Positions 1 to 10,733 of a DNA stretch of 49,397 nucleotides are shown here, piece by piece; the first letter of the stretch is position 1, and the number at the start of each line of letters is the position of its first letter. A program made the translations under genes and the position numbers. The notes below the pieces were generated by a model. The model worked only from the letters and a program-made list of their open reading frames with translations, ran no database searches and had not been told where the DNA came from. This DNA is from Lysobacterales bacterium (GTDB lineage: Bacteria > Pseudomonadota > Gammaproteobacteria > Xanthomonadales > SZUA-36): contig JBFFWN010000001.1 in the NCBI GenBank assembly GCA_041570235.1, positions 1 to 49,397 of the forward strand, given 5' to 3'.

Positions 1-483
1 AACCCCGCCCTGGTTCATTACTATTTTTCCAACAAGAAGAACCTGCTGAAAAATGTGATGGAACGGGCGTTGGCGCCGATGGGCAAGGCGATCGCAGCCC
101 TTGGTAAAGGCGAACAGGCATCACCGGAAAATATCGCCAGCCTGTTGCTGTCCATGTTGGCTGCTCACCCGAATATGCCGCGTCTGCTGATCCGCGAGGT
201 CATGTTGCCGGGCGGTGAAATGCAGCAGTATTTCATCGACAACCTGGCGCCGCATCTTGGCGGCGCCCTGCCGGCACTGCTCGAAAAGGAACAGGCCGCG
301 GGACGTATGCGGCAGGATGCCGACGCGGCCATTTCGGCCATGATGATCATGGCCATGTGCGCCTTTCCTTTCATCGCGCGGACACTGGCGGAGCCGGTTC
401 TGGGCATCCGTTATGACAAAAATGGCGTTGAATCACTCAAGCAGCAAATTATCCAACTGCTCAGGCAAGGGATGACACGATGA
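1..483 (+). CDS. TetR/AcrR-family transcriptional regulator, C-terminal part (5' end outside window)
   Basis: Frame 1 is open from nt 1 (NPALVHYYFSNKKNLL..., the HYYFxxK motif that closes TetR HTH domains) and continues into listed ORF 55..483. The stop overlaps the next start (ATGA at 480-483). It lies directly upstream of an HlyD/ABC-2 efflux operon, as in cecR-ybhGFSR-type loci. Confidence 0.75.
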   Translation, partial: NPALVHYYFSNKKNLLKNVMERALAPMGKAIAALGKGEQASPENIASLLLSMLAAHPNMPRLLIREVMLPGGEMQQYFIDNLAPHLGGALPALLEKEQAAGRMRQDADAAISAMMIMAMCAFPFIARTLAEPVLGIRYDKNGVESLKQQIIQLLRQGMTR

Positions 484-1445
484 ACCTGAAATATTTTCTA
501 ATCGCATTCATATCGATTTTGCTGACGGCTTGCGAGTCCGGTGAAGTGACCTACATGGTCGGCACCCTCGAGCGTGACCGGGTTGAAGTCAGCGTGGAAA
601 GCCACGAACCCATCCTGGCCATTCATGTCACCGACGGACAGATGCTGAAGGCCGGAGACCTGATCCTCGAACAGGACCCCACCCGCCTGGAAAATCTCCT
701 GGCACAACAGAAAGCAACCAGGGACCAGGCCGCAGCGCGCCTGGCTGAACTGAAACGCGGGCCCAGGGAGGAAACCATTCGGGAAGCCAGGGCCATGCTG
801 GAATCAGCCGAGGCATCGGCCGTCAATGCCAGTGACAACCTGAAACGCGCCAGGGACATATTTGAGCGCAAGCTATCAGATCAGCAAACACTGGATTTTG
901 CCATCACACGCTGGAAAACCACCTCGGCCGCTGAAAAAGCCGCACGTGAATCGCTGGAAAGGCTGCTCAACGGCGCGACCATCGAAGAATTGCAGCAGGC
1001 GGAGGCAGCCCTTGAAGCCGCAGAGGCCGGTATGACCCGTATCCAATATGACATCGGGCGCTTGAAAACCTATGCGCCCATTGATGGCATGCTGGACAAA
1101 CGTCTTTACCAGCTGGGAGAGCGGCCCAATATCGGCGCAACAATCGCGGTGATTCTTGATACGTCCAGGACCTATGCCCGAATTTATGTGCCGGAGCCCC
1201 TGAAGTCCTCCGTGGTGCCGGGCAAGCAACTTACGGTTCGTATTGATGGCGCTGAAGACAGCATGAGCGGCACGGTAAAATGGGTATCATCTGATGCCAG
1301 TTTTACCCCTTACTTTGCGCTGACCCAGCATGACCGGTCACGTCTGAGCTACCTGGCGGAACTCGATGTGCCCGAAGCCGCCAGTCTTCCGGCGGGCTTG
1401 CCCCTGCAGGTCGATTTCCCGGCCGGAGCCAGCGCCAGTGACTGA
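480..1445 (+). CDS. HlyD-family periplasmic adaptor (membrane-fusion protein) of an ABC-2 efflux system
   Basis: 321-aa ORF with an N-terminal lipoprotein-like signal (ISILLTAC), a long A/E/R-rich coiled-coil centre and a beta-barrel C-terminus, the YbhG-like architecture. It is translationally coupled to both neighbours. Confidence 0.85.
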   Translation: MNLKYFLIAFISILLTACESGEVTYMVGTLERDRVEVSVESHEPILAIHVTDGQMLKAGDLILEQDPTRLENLLAQQKATRDQAAARLAELKRGPREETIREARAMLESAEASAVNASDNLKRARDIFERKLSDQQTLDFAITRWKTTSAAEKAARESLERLLNGATIEELQQAEAALEAAEAGMTRIQYDIGRLKTYAPIDGMLDKRLYQLGERPNIGATIAVILDTSRTYARIYVPEPLKSSVVPGKQLTVRIDGAEDSMSGTVKWVSSDASFTPYFALTQHDRSRLSYLAELDVPEAASLPAGLPLQVDFPAGASASD

Positions 1446-2388
1446 GTTCGCCATACAGGCCCGCGGCCTGGACAAGACCTTTGGCAAGGTCAGGGCTGTA
1501 CGCGGGCTGGAATTACATGTGCCGCGCTCACGCATATACGGCTTTCTCGGCCCCAACGGTTCAGGAAAAACCACTGCCATCCGCATGTTGTGTGGCCTGC
1601 TGACGCCAACAGCCGGAGAGATAGAGGTGCTGGGATATTCGATTCCCAAAGAGGCCGAAGCGCTGCGCCTGAAAGTCGGCTATATGACACAGAAGTTTTC
1701 CCTGTTTGAAGACCTGACGGTCATGGAAAATCTGCAATTCATGGCCGATATCTACACGCTCGGGCGCCGGCTGAAGCAGGAAAGAATTGGCGAGTCTGTC
1801 GAACGCTACGAATTGGGCAACATTATCAAACAACGGGCCGGCACCCTCAGCGGCGGCCAGAAACAACGCCTGGCGCTGGCCGCCTGCATGCTGCATCAAC
1901 CCGAATTGTTATTCCTCGACGAACCTACCAGCGCGGTCGATCCGGAAAACCGAAGAGCCTTCTGGGAGTCGCTGTTTGACCTGGTAGCGGAAGGCACCAC
2001 GATCCTGGTATCCACCCATTACATGGATGAGGCAGAACGTTGCCATTCACTCGCCATCCTGGATAAAGGCGTACTGGCGGCCGAAGGCAGCCCGGAGCAT
2101 TTGCAACAGGCCATCGATGCCAGCATCGTGCTGGTCGAGGCCAATGAACCACGAAGCGTGGGCAAGGCCCTCGAAAAACAGGCATTTATCCACAGCTCGG
2201 CACAGGTGGGCAATGTGTTACGCGTGATGGTGGCAAGCGACCAGGCCGACCCCGAACGGGCCGTGCGTGATTTTATCCTGGGGGCGGGATTTGGCCTGAA
2301 AAGCTGCAACCTGGCCAAACCGGCCTTGGAGGACGTGTTTGTCGCGGCAACCCGGGAAAGGAAGCGGGAAAGGAAGCAACAGGCATGA
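1438..2388 (+). CDS. ABC transporter ATP-binding protein
   Basis: Walker A GPNGSGKTT, signature LSGGQKQRL and Walker B LLFLDEPT are present. I chose the in-frame GTG at 1438 (8-nt overlap with the adaptor gene) over the track start at 1366, which would overlap by 80 nt. Confidence 0.9.
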   Translation: MTEFAIQARGLDKTFGKVRAVRGLELHVPRSRIYGFLGPNGSGKTTAIRMLCGLLTPTAGEIEVLGYSIPKEAEALRLKVGYMTQKFSLFEDLTVMENLQFMADIYTLGRRLKQERIGESVERYELGNIIKQRAGTLSGGQKQRLALAACMLHQPELLFLDEPTSAVDPENRRAFWESLFDLVAEGTTILVSTHYMDEAERCHSLAILDKGVLAAEGSPEHLQQAIDASIVLVEANEPRSVGKALEKQAFIHSSAQVGNVLRVMVASDQADPERAVRDFILGAGFGLKSCNLAKPALEDVFVAATRERKRERKQQA

Positions 2389-3482
2389 AATCCCTGCAGC
2401 GGATATGGGCGATCGTCAACAAAGAGATCAGGCAGTTAAGCCGCGACCGCTTGACCTTTGGCATGATCGTCGGCATACCGGTACTGCAACTGCTGATGTT
2501 CGGTTACGCCATCAACATGGACGTGCGAAACCTGAACGCGGCGGTTGCCGACATGGCGGGGACATCGGCATCGCGCCAGATGGTCATGGACATGTCGCAA
2601 TCACAGATCATCAGGGTGATCAAACAGGCCGGTTCTGCCGATGAGCTGGAAAAACTGTTGCGCATGGGCGAAATCAGCGTAGGCATATATATACCGCCCG
2701 ATTTTGACCGGCGCTTGCAGCAGGCGGATCGATCCGCCATTCAATTGCTGCTGGATGGCACCGACACCGTCGTCCAGGGCGCGGCGGCACAGCTCGCCCA
2801 GGTGGCGCAAAAACCGAGAACCTCGCCTTATAACGACCAGCCACCGGTGATCGAATCAAGAACCTATTACAACCCTGAACGCAGATCGCCGGTCAATACC
2901 GTTCCCGGCCTGGTGGGCGTTATCCTGACCATGACAATGATTCTTTTCACGGCCATCGCCATCGTCCGTGAGAAGGAGCGCGGCAACATGGAGCTGTTGA
3001 TTACAACCCCGGTGAGAACCTCTGAATTGATGTTCGCCAAGATCATCCCCTATGTGTTTATCGGCCTGATCCAGGTCAGCCTGGTTTTGCTGCTGGGGCA
3101 CTTCCTGTTCAAGGTGCCGATGGCCGGCAGCCTGCTCAATACCTACATTATTACGCTGGTATTCATCGTTGCCAACCTGTCATTGGGCCTGCTGATTTCA
3201 ACCCTGGTCAACACACAGTTCCAGGCCATGCAGATGAGCTTTTTTGTTTTGCTGCCGTCGATACTGTTATCCGGCTTCATGTTTCCTTTTGCCGGCATGC
3301 CCCGCCCGGCTCAAATCATTGCCGAGGCCCTGCCCCTGACCCATTTCATCAGGCTGATCCGCGGTGTTATGTTACGCGGCGCCGATTTGCATGAACTTTC
3401 CAGAGAACTGATGATTTTGACTGGCTTCGTCGTCTTATTCATGTTTCTTGCCATCAGGCGGTTCAGCAAGCGGCTGGATTGA
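2385..3482 (+). CDS. ABC-2 type transporter permease
   Basis: 365 aa with an N-terminal TM helix, a large periplasmic loop and five C-terminal TM helices (YbhS/YhhJ-like). The ATGA overlap with the ATPase stop suggests coupling. Confidence 0.85.
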   Translation: MKSLQRIWAIVNKEIRQLSRDRLTFGMIVGIPVLQLLMFGYAINMDVRNLNAAVADMAGTSASRQMVMDMSQSQIIRVIKQAGSADELEKLLRMGEISVGIYIPPDFDRRLQQADRSAIQLLLDGTDTVVQGAAAQLAQVAQKPRTSPYNDQPPVIESRTYYNPERRSPVNTVPGLVGVILTMTMILFTAIAIVREKERGNMELLITTPVRTSELMFAKIIPYVFIGLIQVSLVLLLGHFLFKVPMAGSLLNTYIITLVFIVANLSLGLLISTLVNTQFQAMQMSFFVLLPSILLSGFMFPFAGMPRPAQIIAEALPLTHFIRLIRGVMLRGADLHELSRELMILTGFVVLFMFLAIRRFSKRLD

Positions 3483-3535
3483 AGCCGTTCAAAAAACATA
3501 CTTCGACCAAAGCCATCGAATATGGGTATCGCGCA

Positions 3536-3564
3536 TTTAATGCAACGCCTTTTGTCGATATAAT
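3536..3564 (+). promoter_or_regulatory. Candidate sigma70 promoter upstream of the ETF-QO gene
   Basis: TTTAAT (3536-3541), a 17-nt spacer, then a perfect TATAAT (3559-3564), about 35 nt upstream of the ATG at 3598. The -35 element is weak. Confidence 0.3.
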
Positions 3565-3597
3565 CCTGTAACTCGATTCAAGCATTTGAGAATAAGA

Positions 3598-5208
3598 ATG
3601 AGCGAACACACAAGCGAACGGGAAGTCATGGAGTATGACGTTATTATCGTAGGCGCTGGTCCGGCCGGACTAGCCTGTGCGATTCGCCTCAAACAACTCA
3701 AACAGGACCTGATGGTCGCCGTGATCGAAAAAAGCGCCGAGGTTGGCGCACATGTATTGTCCGGCGCAGTGATCGAACCCCAGCCCCTGGATGAGTTACT
3801 GCCTGGCTGGCGTGACAACCCACCACCGGTATGTGTGCCGGTGGAAGATGACGAACTCGCGTACCTGACACGCACATCAAGGCTTAAGCTGCCGACACCA
3901 CCACAGCAAAAAAATCACGGTAACATCATTGTCTCGCTGGGGGCCCTGTGTAACTGGCTGGCCCCGCAGGCAGAGGACCTGGGCGTTGATATTTTCCCGG
4001 GCTACGCCGCGTCCGGCATCCATTACTCGGCCGATGGCGCTGTAGGTGGCGTCATCATCGGTGACATGGGTGTTGACAAGGCCGGCAAACCCAAAGATAC
4101 CTACATGCAGGGAATCGAAATCCATGCGCCCTTGACCGTGATGGCGGAAGGTTGCCGTGGTCATCTGAGCAAGGAGCTGATAAGCAAATTCAAACTGGAT
4201 GCAGAATCGGACCCGCAGTGTTACGGCGTTGGCATCAAGGAACTCTGGCAGGTGGCGCCGGGCAAGTGCAAACCCGGGCTTGTCAATCATACGATTGGCT
4301 GGCCGCTGGACAGCAAGACCTACGGCGGCAGTTTTATCTATCACATGGACAAGGATCGCGTTGCAGTGGGCTTTGTCTGTGCACTGGATTACTCAGACCC
4401 CGGGTTTTCGCCTTTCGAGGCATTTCAACAATTCAAACATCATCCAAGTATCAAACCGCTGTTTGAAGGCGGTGAAATCTTGTCGAGTGGCGCCCGCACC
4501 ATCGTCGAAGGCGGCGCACAGTCCCTGCCAAAGGTCGAAATGCCCGGTGCGCTATTGATCGGTGATGCGGCCGGGTTACTGAACCTGCCAAAGATCAAGG
4601 GCACCCACCAGGCGCTGCGCTCCGGTATGTTGGCGGCTGCCCATATTGCCGAGAAGGGCGATGGCAAAGGCTTCGATGAAACACTGCGCGCCTCAGCCAT
4701 TATGAAAGAGCTGCACAAGGTGAGAAATATACGCCCCGGCTTTAACAAGGGCTTATGGCGTGGTCTGATCACCGCAGGTATTGAGACCATCACTGCCGGA
4801 AAACTGCCACGCACGCTGCACAATCACGCCGATTACTCTTCGCTGACCAGGCTCAGCGAATTGAAACCCGTTGACCGTCATTGGATCAAACGGGATCTCG
4901 CTCCGCGTGACCGCCTCGCCTCGGTGTATTTTGCAGCCACTGATCACGATGAGGATCAACCGGTACACCTGCAGATTCTCGAACCGGATGTCTGCACCAC
5001 GCGCTGCACCCAGGAATACGGTAATCCCTGCACGCAGTTCTGCCCGGCAAATGTATATGAAATGGTCGGCGAAGATGCGCAAAGACAATTGCAGATCAAC
5101 GCTTCAAATTGCGTGCATTGTAAAACCTGTGATATCAAGGATCCGTACCAGATCATCAACTGGGTCACACCCGAAGGCGGCAGCGGGCCCAATTACCAGA
5201 ATCTTTAA
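3598..5208 (+). CDS. Electron-transfer flavoprotein:ubiquinone oxidoreductase (ETF-QO)
   Basis: N-terminal FAD fold YDVIIVGAGPAGLACA and a C-terminal 4Fe-4S motif CVHCKTCDIKDP...NWVTPEGGSGPNY. The ATG at 3598 is preferred to the TTG at 3586. The etfBA genes follow. Confidence 0.93.
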   Translation: MSEHTSEREVMEYDVIIVGAGPAGLACAIRLKQLKQDLMVAVIEKSAEVGAHVLSGAVIEPQPLDELLPGWRDNPPPVCVPVEDDELAYLTRTSRLKLPTPPQQKNHGNIIVSLGALCNWLAPQAEDLGVDIFPGYAASGIHYSADGAVGGVIIGDMGVDKAGKPKDTYMQGIEIHAPLTVMAEGCRGHLSKELISKFKLDAESDPQCYGVGIKELWQVAPGKCKPGLVNHTIGWPLDSKTYGGSFIYHMDKDRVAVGFVCALDYSDPGFSPFEAFQQFKHHPSIKPLFEGGEILSSGARTIVEGGAQSLPKVEMPGALLIGDAAGLLNLPKIKGTHQALRSGMLAAAHIAEKGDGKGFDETLRASAIMKELHKVRNIRPGFNKGLWRGLITAGIETITAGKLPRTLHNHADYSSLTRLSELKPVDRHWIKRDLAPRDRLASVYFAATDHDEDQPVHLQILEPDVCTTRCTQEYGNPCTQFCPANVYEMVGEDAQRQLQINASNCVHCKTCDIKDPYQIINWVTPEGGSGPNYQNL

Positions 5209-5235
5209 ATTGATAGTGAACCTCAAGGAAACAGC

Positions 5236-5982
5236 ATGAAAATACTGGTTGGCATTAAGCGCGTCGTGGACTACAACGTCCGCATCCGGGTTAAACCTGA
5301 TGGCAGCGGCGTGGATACCGACGGGGTCAAGATGAGCATTAACCCGTTTGATGAAATCGCACTTGAGGAGGCCCTGAGAATCCGCGAGGCCGGCCTGGCC
5401 GACGAGGTCATCGTAGTTTCACTCGGTAACAATGCCTGCCAGCAGCAATTACGCACCGGCCTTGCCATGGGCGCCGACCGGGCCATACAGGTGGATACGG
5501 CCGACAGCCTGCAACCCCTTAGCCTTGCGCGGGCTTTTTTGAAAGTGATTGAAAAGGAGCAACCGGGCCTGGTCATACTGGGTAAGCAGGCCATCGATGA
5601 CGACAATTCGCAAACCGCCCAGATGCTGGCAGCATTGTGGGACCGCCCCCAGGCGACGTTTGCGTCCGGCATGAGCATTTCCGGTGAAACCGTTACCGTT
5701 ACCCGCGAGGTCGATGCCGGCCTGGAGACCATTGAAGTTGACCTGCCGGCGGTTATCTCGGTTGACCTGCGTTTGAACGAACCGCGTTTCGTCAAACTGC
5801 CCGATATCATGAAGGCCAAGCGCAAACCGCTGGATGTGATTGCCCTCGCCGACCTGGGCATCACCATTGAAAACAACCTCCAGGTCTCACACTATGCGCC
5901 ACCGCCAGTGCGGGAAAAAGGCATTATTGTCGAAGACACGGCGCAATTGGTTGCCGAACTTAAAACACGCGGACTGGTGTAG
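5236..5982 (+). CDS. etfB: Electron transfer flavoprotein beta subunit
   Basis: 248 aa beginning MKILVGIKRVVDYNVRIRVK, with the ...NPFDEIALEEALR motif typical of EtfB. It is immediately followed by etfA. Confidence 0.93.
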   Translation: MKILVGIKRVVDYNVRIRVKPDGSGVDTDGVKMSINPFDEIALEEALRIREAGLADEVIVVSLGNNACQQQLRTGLAMGADRAIQVDTADSLQPLSLARAFLKVIEKEQPGLVILGKQAIDDDNSQTAQMLAALWDRPQATFASGMSISGETVTVTREVDAGLETIEVDLPAVISVDLRLNEPRFVKLPDIMKAKRKPLDVIALADLGITIENNLQVSHYAPPPVREKGIIVEDTAQLVAELKTRGLV

Positions 5983-5991
5983 GGGATAATC

Positions 5992-6930
5992 ATGAGCAGA
6001 ACATTAATCATTGCAGAACACGACGGCTCGAGCCTCAACCCCAGCACTGCCAAATGCGCAAGCTGTGCGGCGGCCATCGGCCAACCCTTTGATATCGTGG
6101 TAATGGGTCATTCCATCAGCGATATCTGCGGCCAGGCGGCCGCCATTGATGGCGCATCTACGGTATTCGCCATTGATGCCGGTCACCTTGCCAAGCCGCT
6201 CGCGGCTGAACAGGCTGCAGAAATTGTCGCTTTGGCAGACGCCTACACTCATATCATCGGCCCATCAACGACTTATGGAAGGGACCTGATGCCCCGGATT
6301 GCCGCATTGCTGGGCGTTAACCAGGTGAGTGACATTTCAACCGTTGAAGGCCCGCACCAGTTCAAACGGCCGATATATGCAGGTAATGCCATAGTTGATG
6401 TGCATGCGCCTGATAACGTGAAGACCGTTGCCACGGTGCGCGTTGCCTCATGGAAGGCCGCTGGCGATTCCGGTGGCGCAACGGTGGAGGAGCGCGCTGC
6501 AAGTTCGACAGCCAGTACACACACCCGCTATGTTGAGCTGAAATCCGGTGGCGGCGAACGCCCCGATCTGCAAGCTGCAGGACGCGTGATTTCGGGTGGC
6601 CGTGCGATGGGCAGCGAGGAAAACTTTGAATTGATATACAGCCTGGCAGATTTGATCGGCGCCGGCGTGGGCGCTTCCCGCGCAGCGGTTGATGCCGGTT
6701 ATTGCCCGAACGACATGCAGGTTGGCCAGACCGGCAAAATCATCGCCCCGGATCTGTATATTGCATTTGGCATCTCCGGCGCCATCCAGCACATCACCGG
6801 CATCAAGGATGCGGGCACGATTGTTGCGGTTAACAAGGATGCCGACGCACCTATTTTTGAAGTGGCGGATATCGGCCTGGTGGCCGATTTGTTCACCGTC
6901 ATCCCGGAGATGAAGCAGCTGCTTTCCTGA
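5992..6930 (+). CDS. etfA: Electron transfer flavoprotein alpha subunit
   Basis: 312 aa with the C-terminal FAD-binding signature [21 protein letters not shown]...[16 protein letters not shown]. Confidence 0.93.
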   Translation: MSRTLIIAEHDGSSLNPSTAKCASCAAAIGQPFDIVVMGHSISDICGQAAAIDGASTVFAIDAGHLAKPLAAEQAAEIVALADAYTHIIGPSTTYGRDLMPRIAALLGVNQVSDISTVEGPHQFKRPIYAGNAIVDVHAPDNVKTVATVRVASWKAAGDSGGATVEERAASSTASTHTRYVELKSGGGERPDLQAAGRVISGGRAMGSEENFELIYSLADLIGAGVGASRAAVDAGYCPNDMQVGQTGKIIAPDLYIAFGISGAIQHITGIKDAGTIVAVNKDADAPIFEVADIGLVADLFTVIPEMKQLLS

Positions 6931-6948
6931 TATGCAAAAACATACCGG

Positions 6949-8910
<1,962 letters not shown>

Positions 8911-8959
8911 AGGGCTTTAGCTACTTCGATAAGATACGTGGCAGCGTTGGCGGCGCTAT

Positions 8960-9049
8960 GGGTAGTCCCTGCTGAGACATGCCGTAAACCCATCCCTGGG
9001 GGCGCGTCCAAAACATCCATGTTTTGTACGGTCTCAGCAGGGACTACCC
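8960..9049. repeat. Compound hairpin module H1 (copy A)
   Basis: An 18-bp outer stem, GGGTAGTCCCTGCTGAGA / TCTCAGCAGGGACTACCC, encloses an inner stem CAAAAC/GTTTTG and an unpaired segment, ACCCATCCCTGGGGGCGCG. Confidence 0.8.
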
Positions 9050-9324
9050 ACATCCCCGCCTCGGTTCAATGGATTCTAATTTAAGCGGTAGCTTCAAACT
9101 TTTGTGCGGATACTTCATGCAGCAATAGTCTCTTCAAGGTTCATGGTTCTATCGCTGCCGCTAGAGCGCATCTCACAGCCATTGATTCGTGATGCAGGCA
9201 CCTGAGCGCAACGGAGACCGATAAAATCTGCGTGAAAAGCACCTCGCTTTCAGAATGGGGATACAATCTTGACCGGCGGGGTGTAAATGATTTAACAGAA
9301 TCGACGGCTTAGAGCCGGGATGCA

Positions 9325-9412
9325 GGTACTGCTCCCAGGGACCGTCACAAACAGGAAGTTTGTGGACGAGGCCCCATGGATGGGTTCACGCCGGGTCCCT
9401 GGGAGCAGTACC
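9325..9412. repeat. Compound hairpin module H2 (copy A)
   Basis: An 18-bp outer stem, GGTACTGCTCCCAGGGAC / GTCCCTGGGAGCAGTACC, encloses CGTCACAAAC-AGGAA-GTTTGTGGACG plus GGCCCCATGGATGGGTTCACG. The interior is the reverse complement of the H1 interior. Confidence 0.8.
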
Positions 9413-9572
9413 TGTAGCGCGGCTGACGCTCGCACTATTCAATTCGAGGCCACCTGATGAAGCCTTATTGATTAAGAACAAGTTAGGCTGATAGAAGCTA
9501 CGGATAATCCTATTCGCACTTCCAGAGCCACACTATCAACTCTGAGTCACGCACCTAGCGAAAACTCGCCGC

Positions 9573-10733
9573 TTACAGAACACCATCAAGTTCATCAATC
9601 AGGTCATTAACGTCCTCAACCCCCACCGATAAACGCACCAGCGAATCTGTAATACCGATTTTGGCCCGCTTTTCGGGAGGCACCGAGGCATGTGTCATTA
9701 CCGCCGGCAGGTTTATCAGGCTTTCAACGCCGCCAAGGCTTTCGGCAAGTGAGAACAACTGGCAGCCTTCCAGCATCCTCCGCGAGGCGTCGGGGCCGCC
9801 TTTCAGGTCAATGCTGATAATGCCGCCGCCCATGCCATTCATCTGCCGCATGGCAAGCTCGTGCTGCGGGTGTGATTCCAGTCCCGGGTAGATCGTTTTT
9901 GAAACCGCCGGGTGCTTCTCCAGCCACTTGGCAATCTGCAAGGCATTATCGCAATGGGCTTTCATTCTCAAGGCAAGGGTTTTCAAGCCCCGCATAGCCA
10001 GGAAACTGTCAAATGGCCCCTGTATTGCGCCCACAGAATTGAGCAGATACCAGAGCCGGTCACCAAGCTCGATATCATCGCCGACCACGGCAATCCCGCC
10101 CACCATGTCCGAGTGACCATTCAGAAACTTGGTGGCAGAGTGAACCACTATGTCGGCCCCCAGTTCCAATGGCCGCTGCAAAACCGGCGAGGCAAAGGTG
10201 TTATCCACCACCAGTAAGGCCCCATGCTGTTTGGCTATCTCTGAGAGCTCTTTGATATCAACAACTTTCAACATCGGGTTGGTCGGCGTCTCCAGCCAGA
10301 TCATACGGGTTTCGGGCCGCAGGGCCGCCTTGATATCAGCCATGCTGTCCATGCCTGAAAACGTGAAACTCAAACCGGCGGAGCGTCCCCGAACGTTGTT
10401 AAACAGCCTGAAACTGCCACCGTACAGGTCATCAATGGCCAGCACATGGTCACCGGTATCGAGCAATTCGAGTACGGTCGAAGTCGCAGCCATTCCGGAC
10501 GCAAAAGCCAGCCCACGGGTGCCACTCTCGAGGTTTGCCATGCATTTTTCATAGGCATCACGGGTCGGATTATGACTGCGCGAGTACTCCCAGCCCTGAT
10601 GGTCGCCGGGGCTACGCTGAACGTAGGTGGATGTCGCGTAAATGGGTGTCATGATGGCGCCCGTTGACGGGTCCGGCTGCTGACCTGCATGAATGGCCCG
10701 GGTTGCTAGTGCGTGTTTTGTGTGATCTTTCAT
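9573..10733 (-). CDS. Cystathionine gamma-lyase / trans-sulfuration PLP enzyme (Cys/Met metabolism family)
   Basis: 386 aa with ATRAIHAGQ...DP.TGA...PIY.TSTY at the N-terminus and the PLP-lysine motif HSATKFLNGHSD. It overlaps the stop of the upstream CBS gene by 4 nt, indicating an operon. Confidence 0.88.
   Translation of the reverse strand: MKDHTKHALATRAIHAGQQPDPSTGAIMTPIYATSTYVQRSPGDHQGWEYSRSHNPTRDAYEKCMANLESGTRGLAFASGMAATSTVLELLDTGDHVLAIDDLYGGSFRLFNNVRGRSAGLSFTFSGMDSMADIKAALRPETRMIWLETPTNPMLKVVDIKELSEIAKQHGALLVVDNTFASPVLQRPLELGADIVVHSATKFLNGHSDMVGGIAVVGDDIELGDRLWYLLNSVGAIQGPFDSFLAMRGLKTLALRMKAHCDNALQIAKWLEKHPAVSKTIYPGLESHPQHELAMRQMNGMGGGIISIDLKGGPDASRRMLEGCQLFSLAESLGGVESLINLPAVMTHASVPPEKRAKIGITDSLVRLSVGVEDVNDLIDELDGVL

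Larger units (their letters stand above)
8921..9530. repeat. ORF-less structured repeat, copy A (inverted partner at 16820..17455)
   Basis: The reverse complement of 8921-9465 aligns by eye along its whole length with 16880-17455. Hairpin regions are nearly identical and the central 250 nt are about 75-85% identical. Weaker similarity continues to about 9530 / 16820. No ORF of 60 aa or more is listed on either strand. Confidence 0.8.

Noticed and set aside
8960-9412. H1/H2 hairpins as rho-independent terminators of the flanking genes
   Set aside because: Neither strand has a U-tract after any of the four hairpins. The compound structure, with a 26-30-nt unpaired segment, is unlike an intrinsic terminator.
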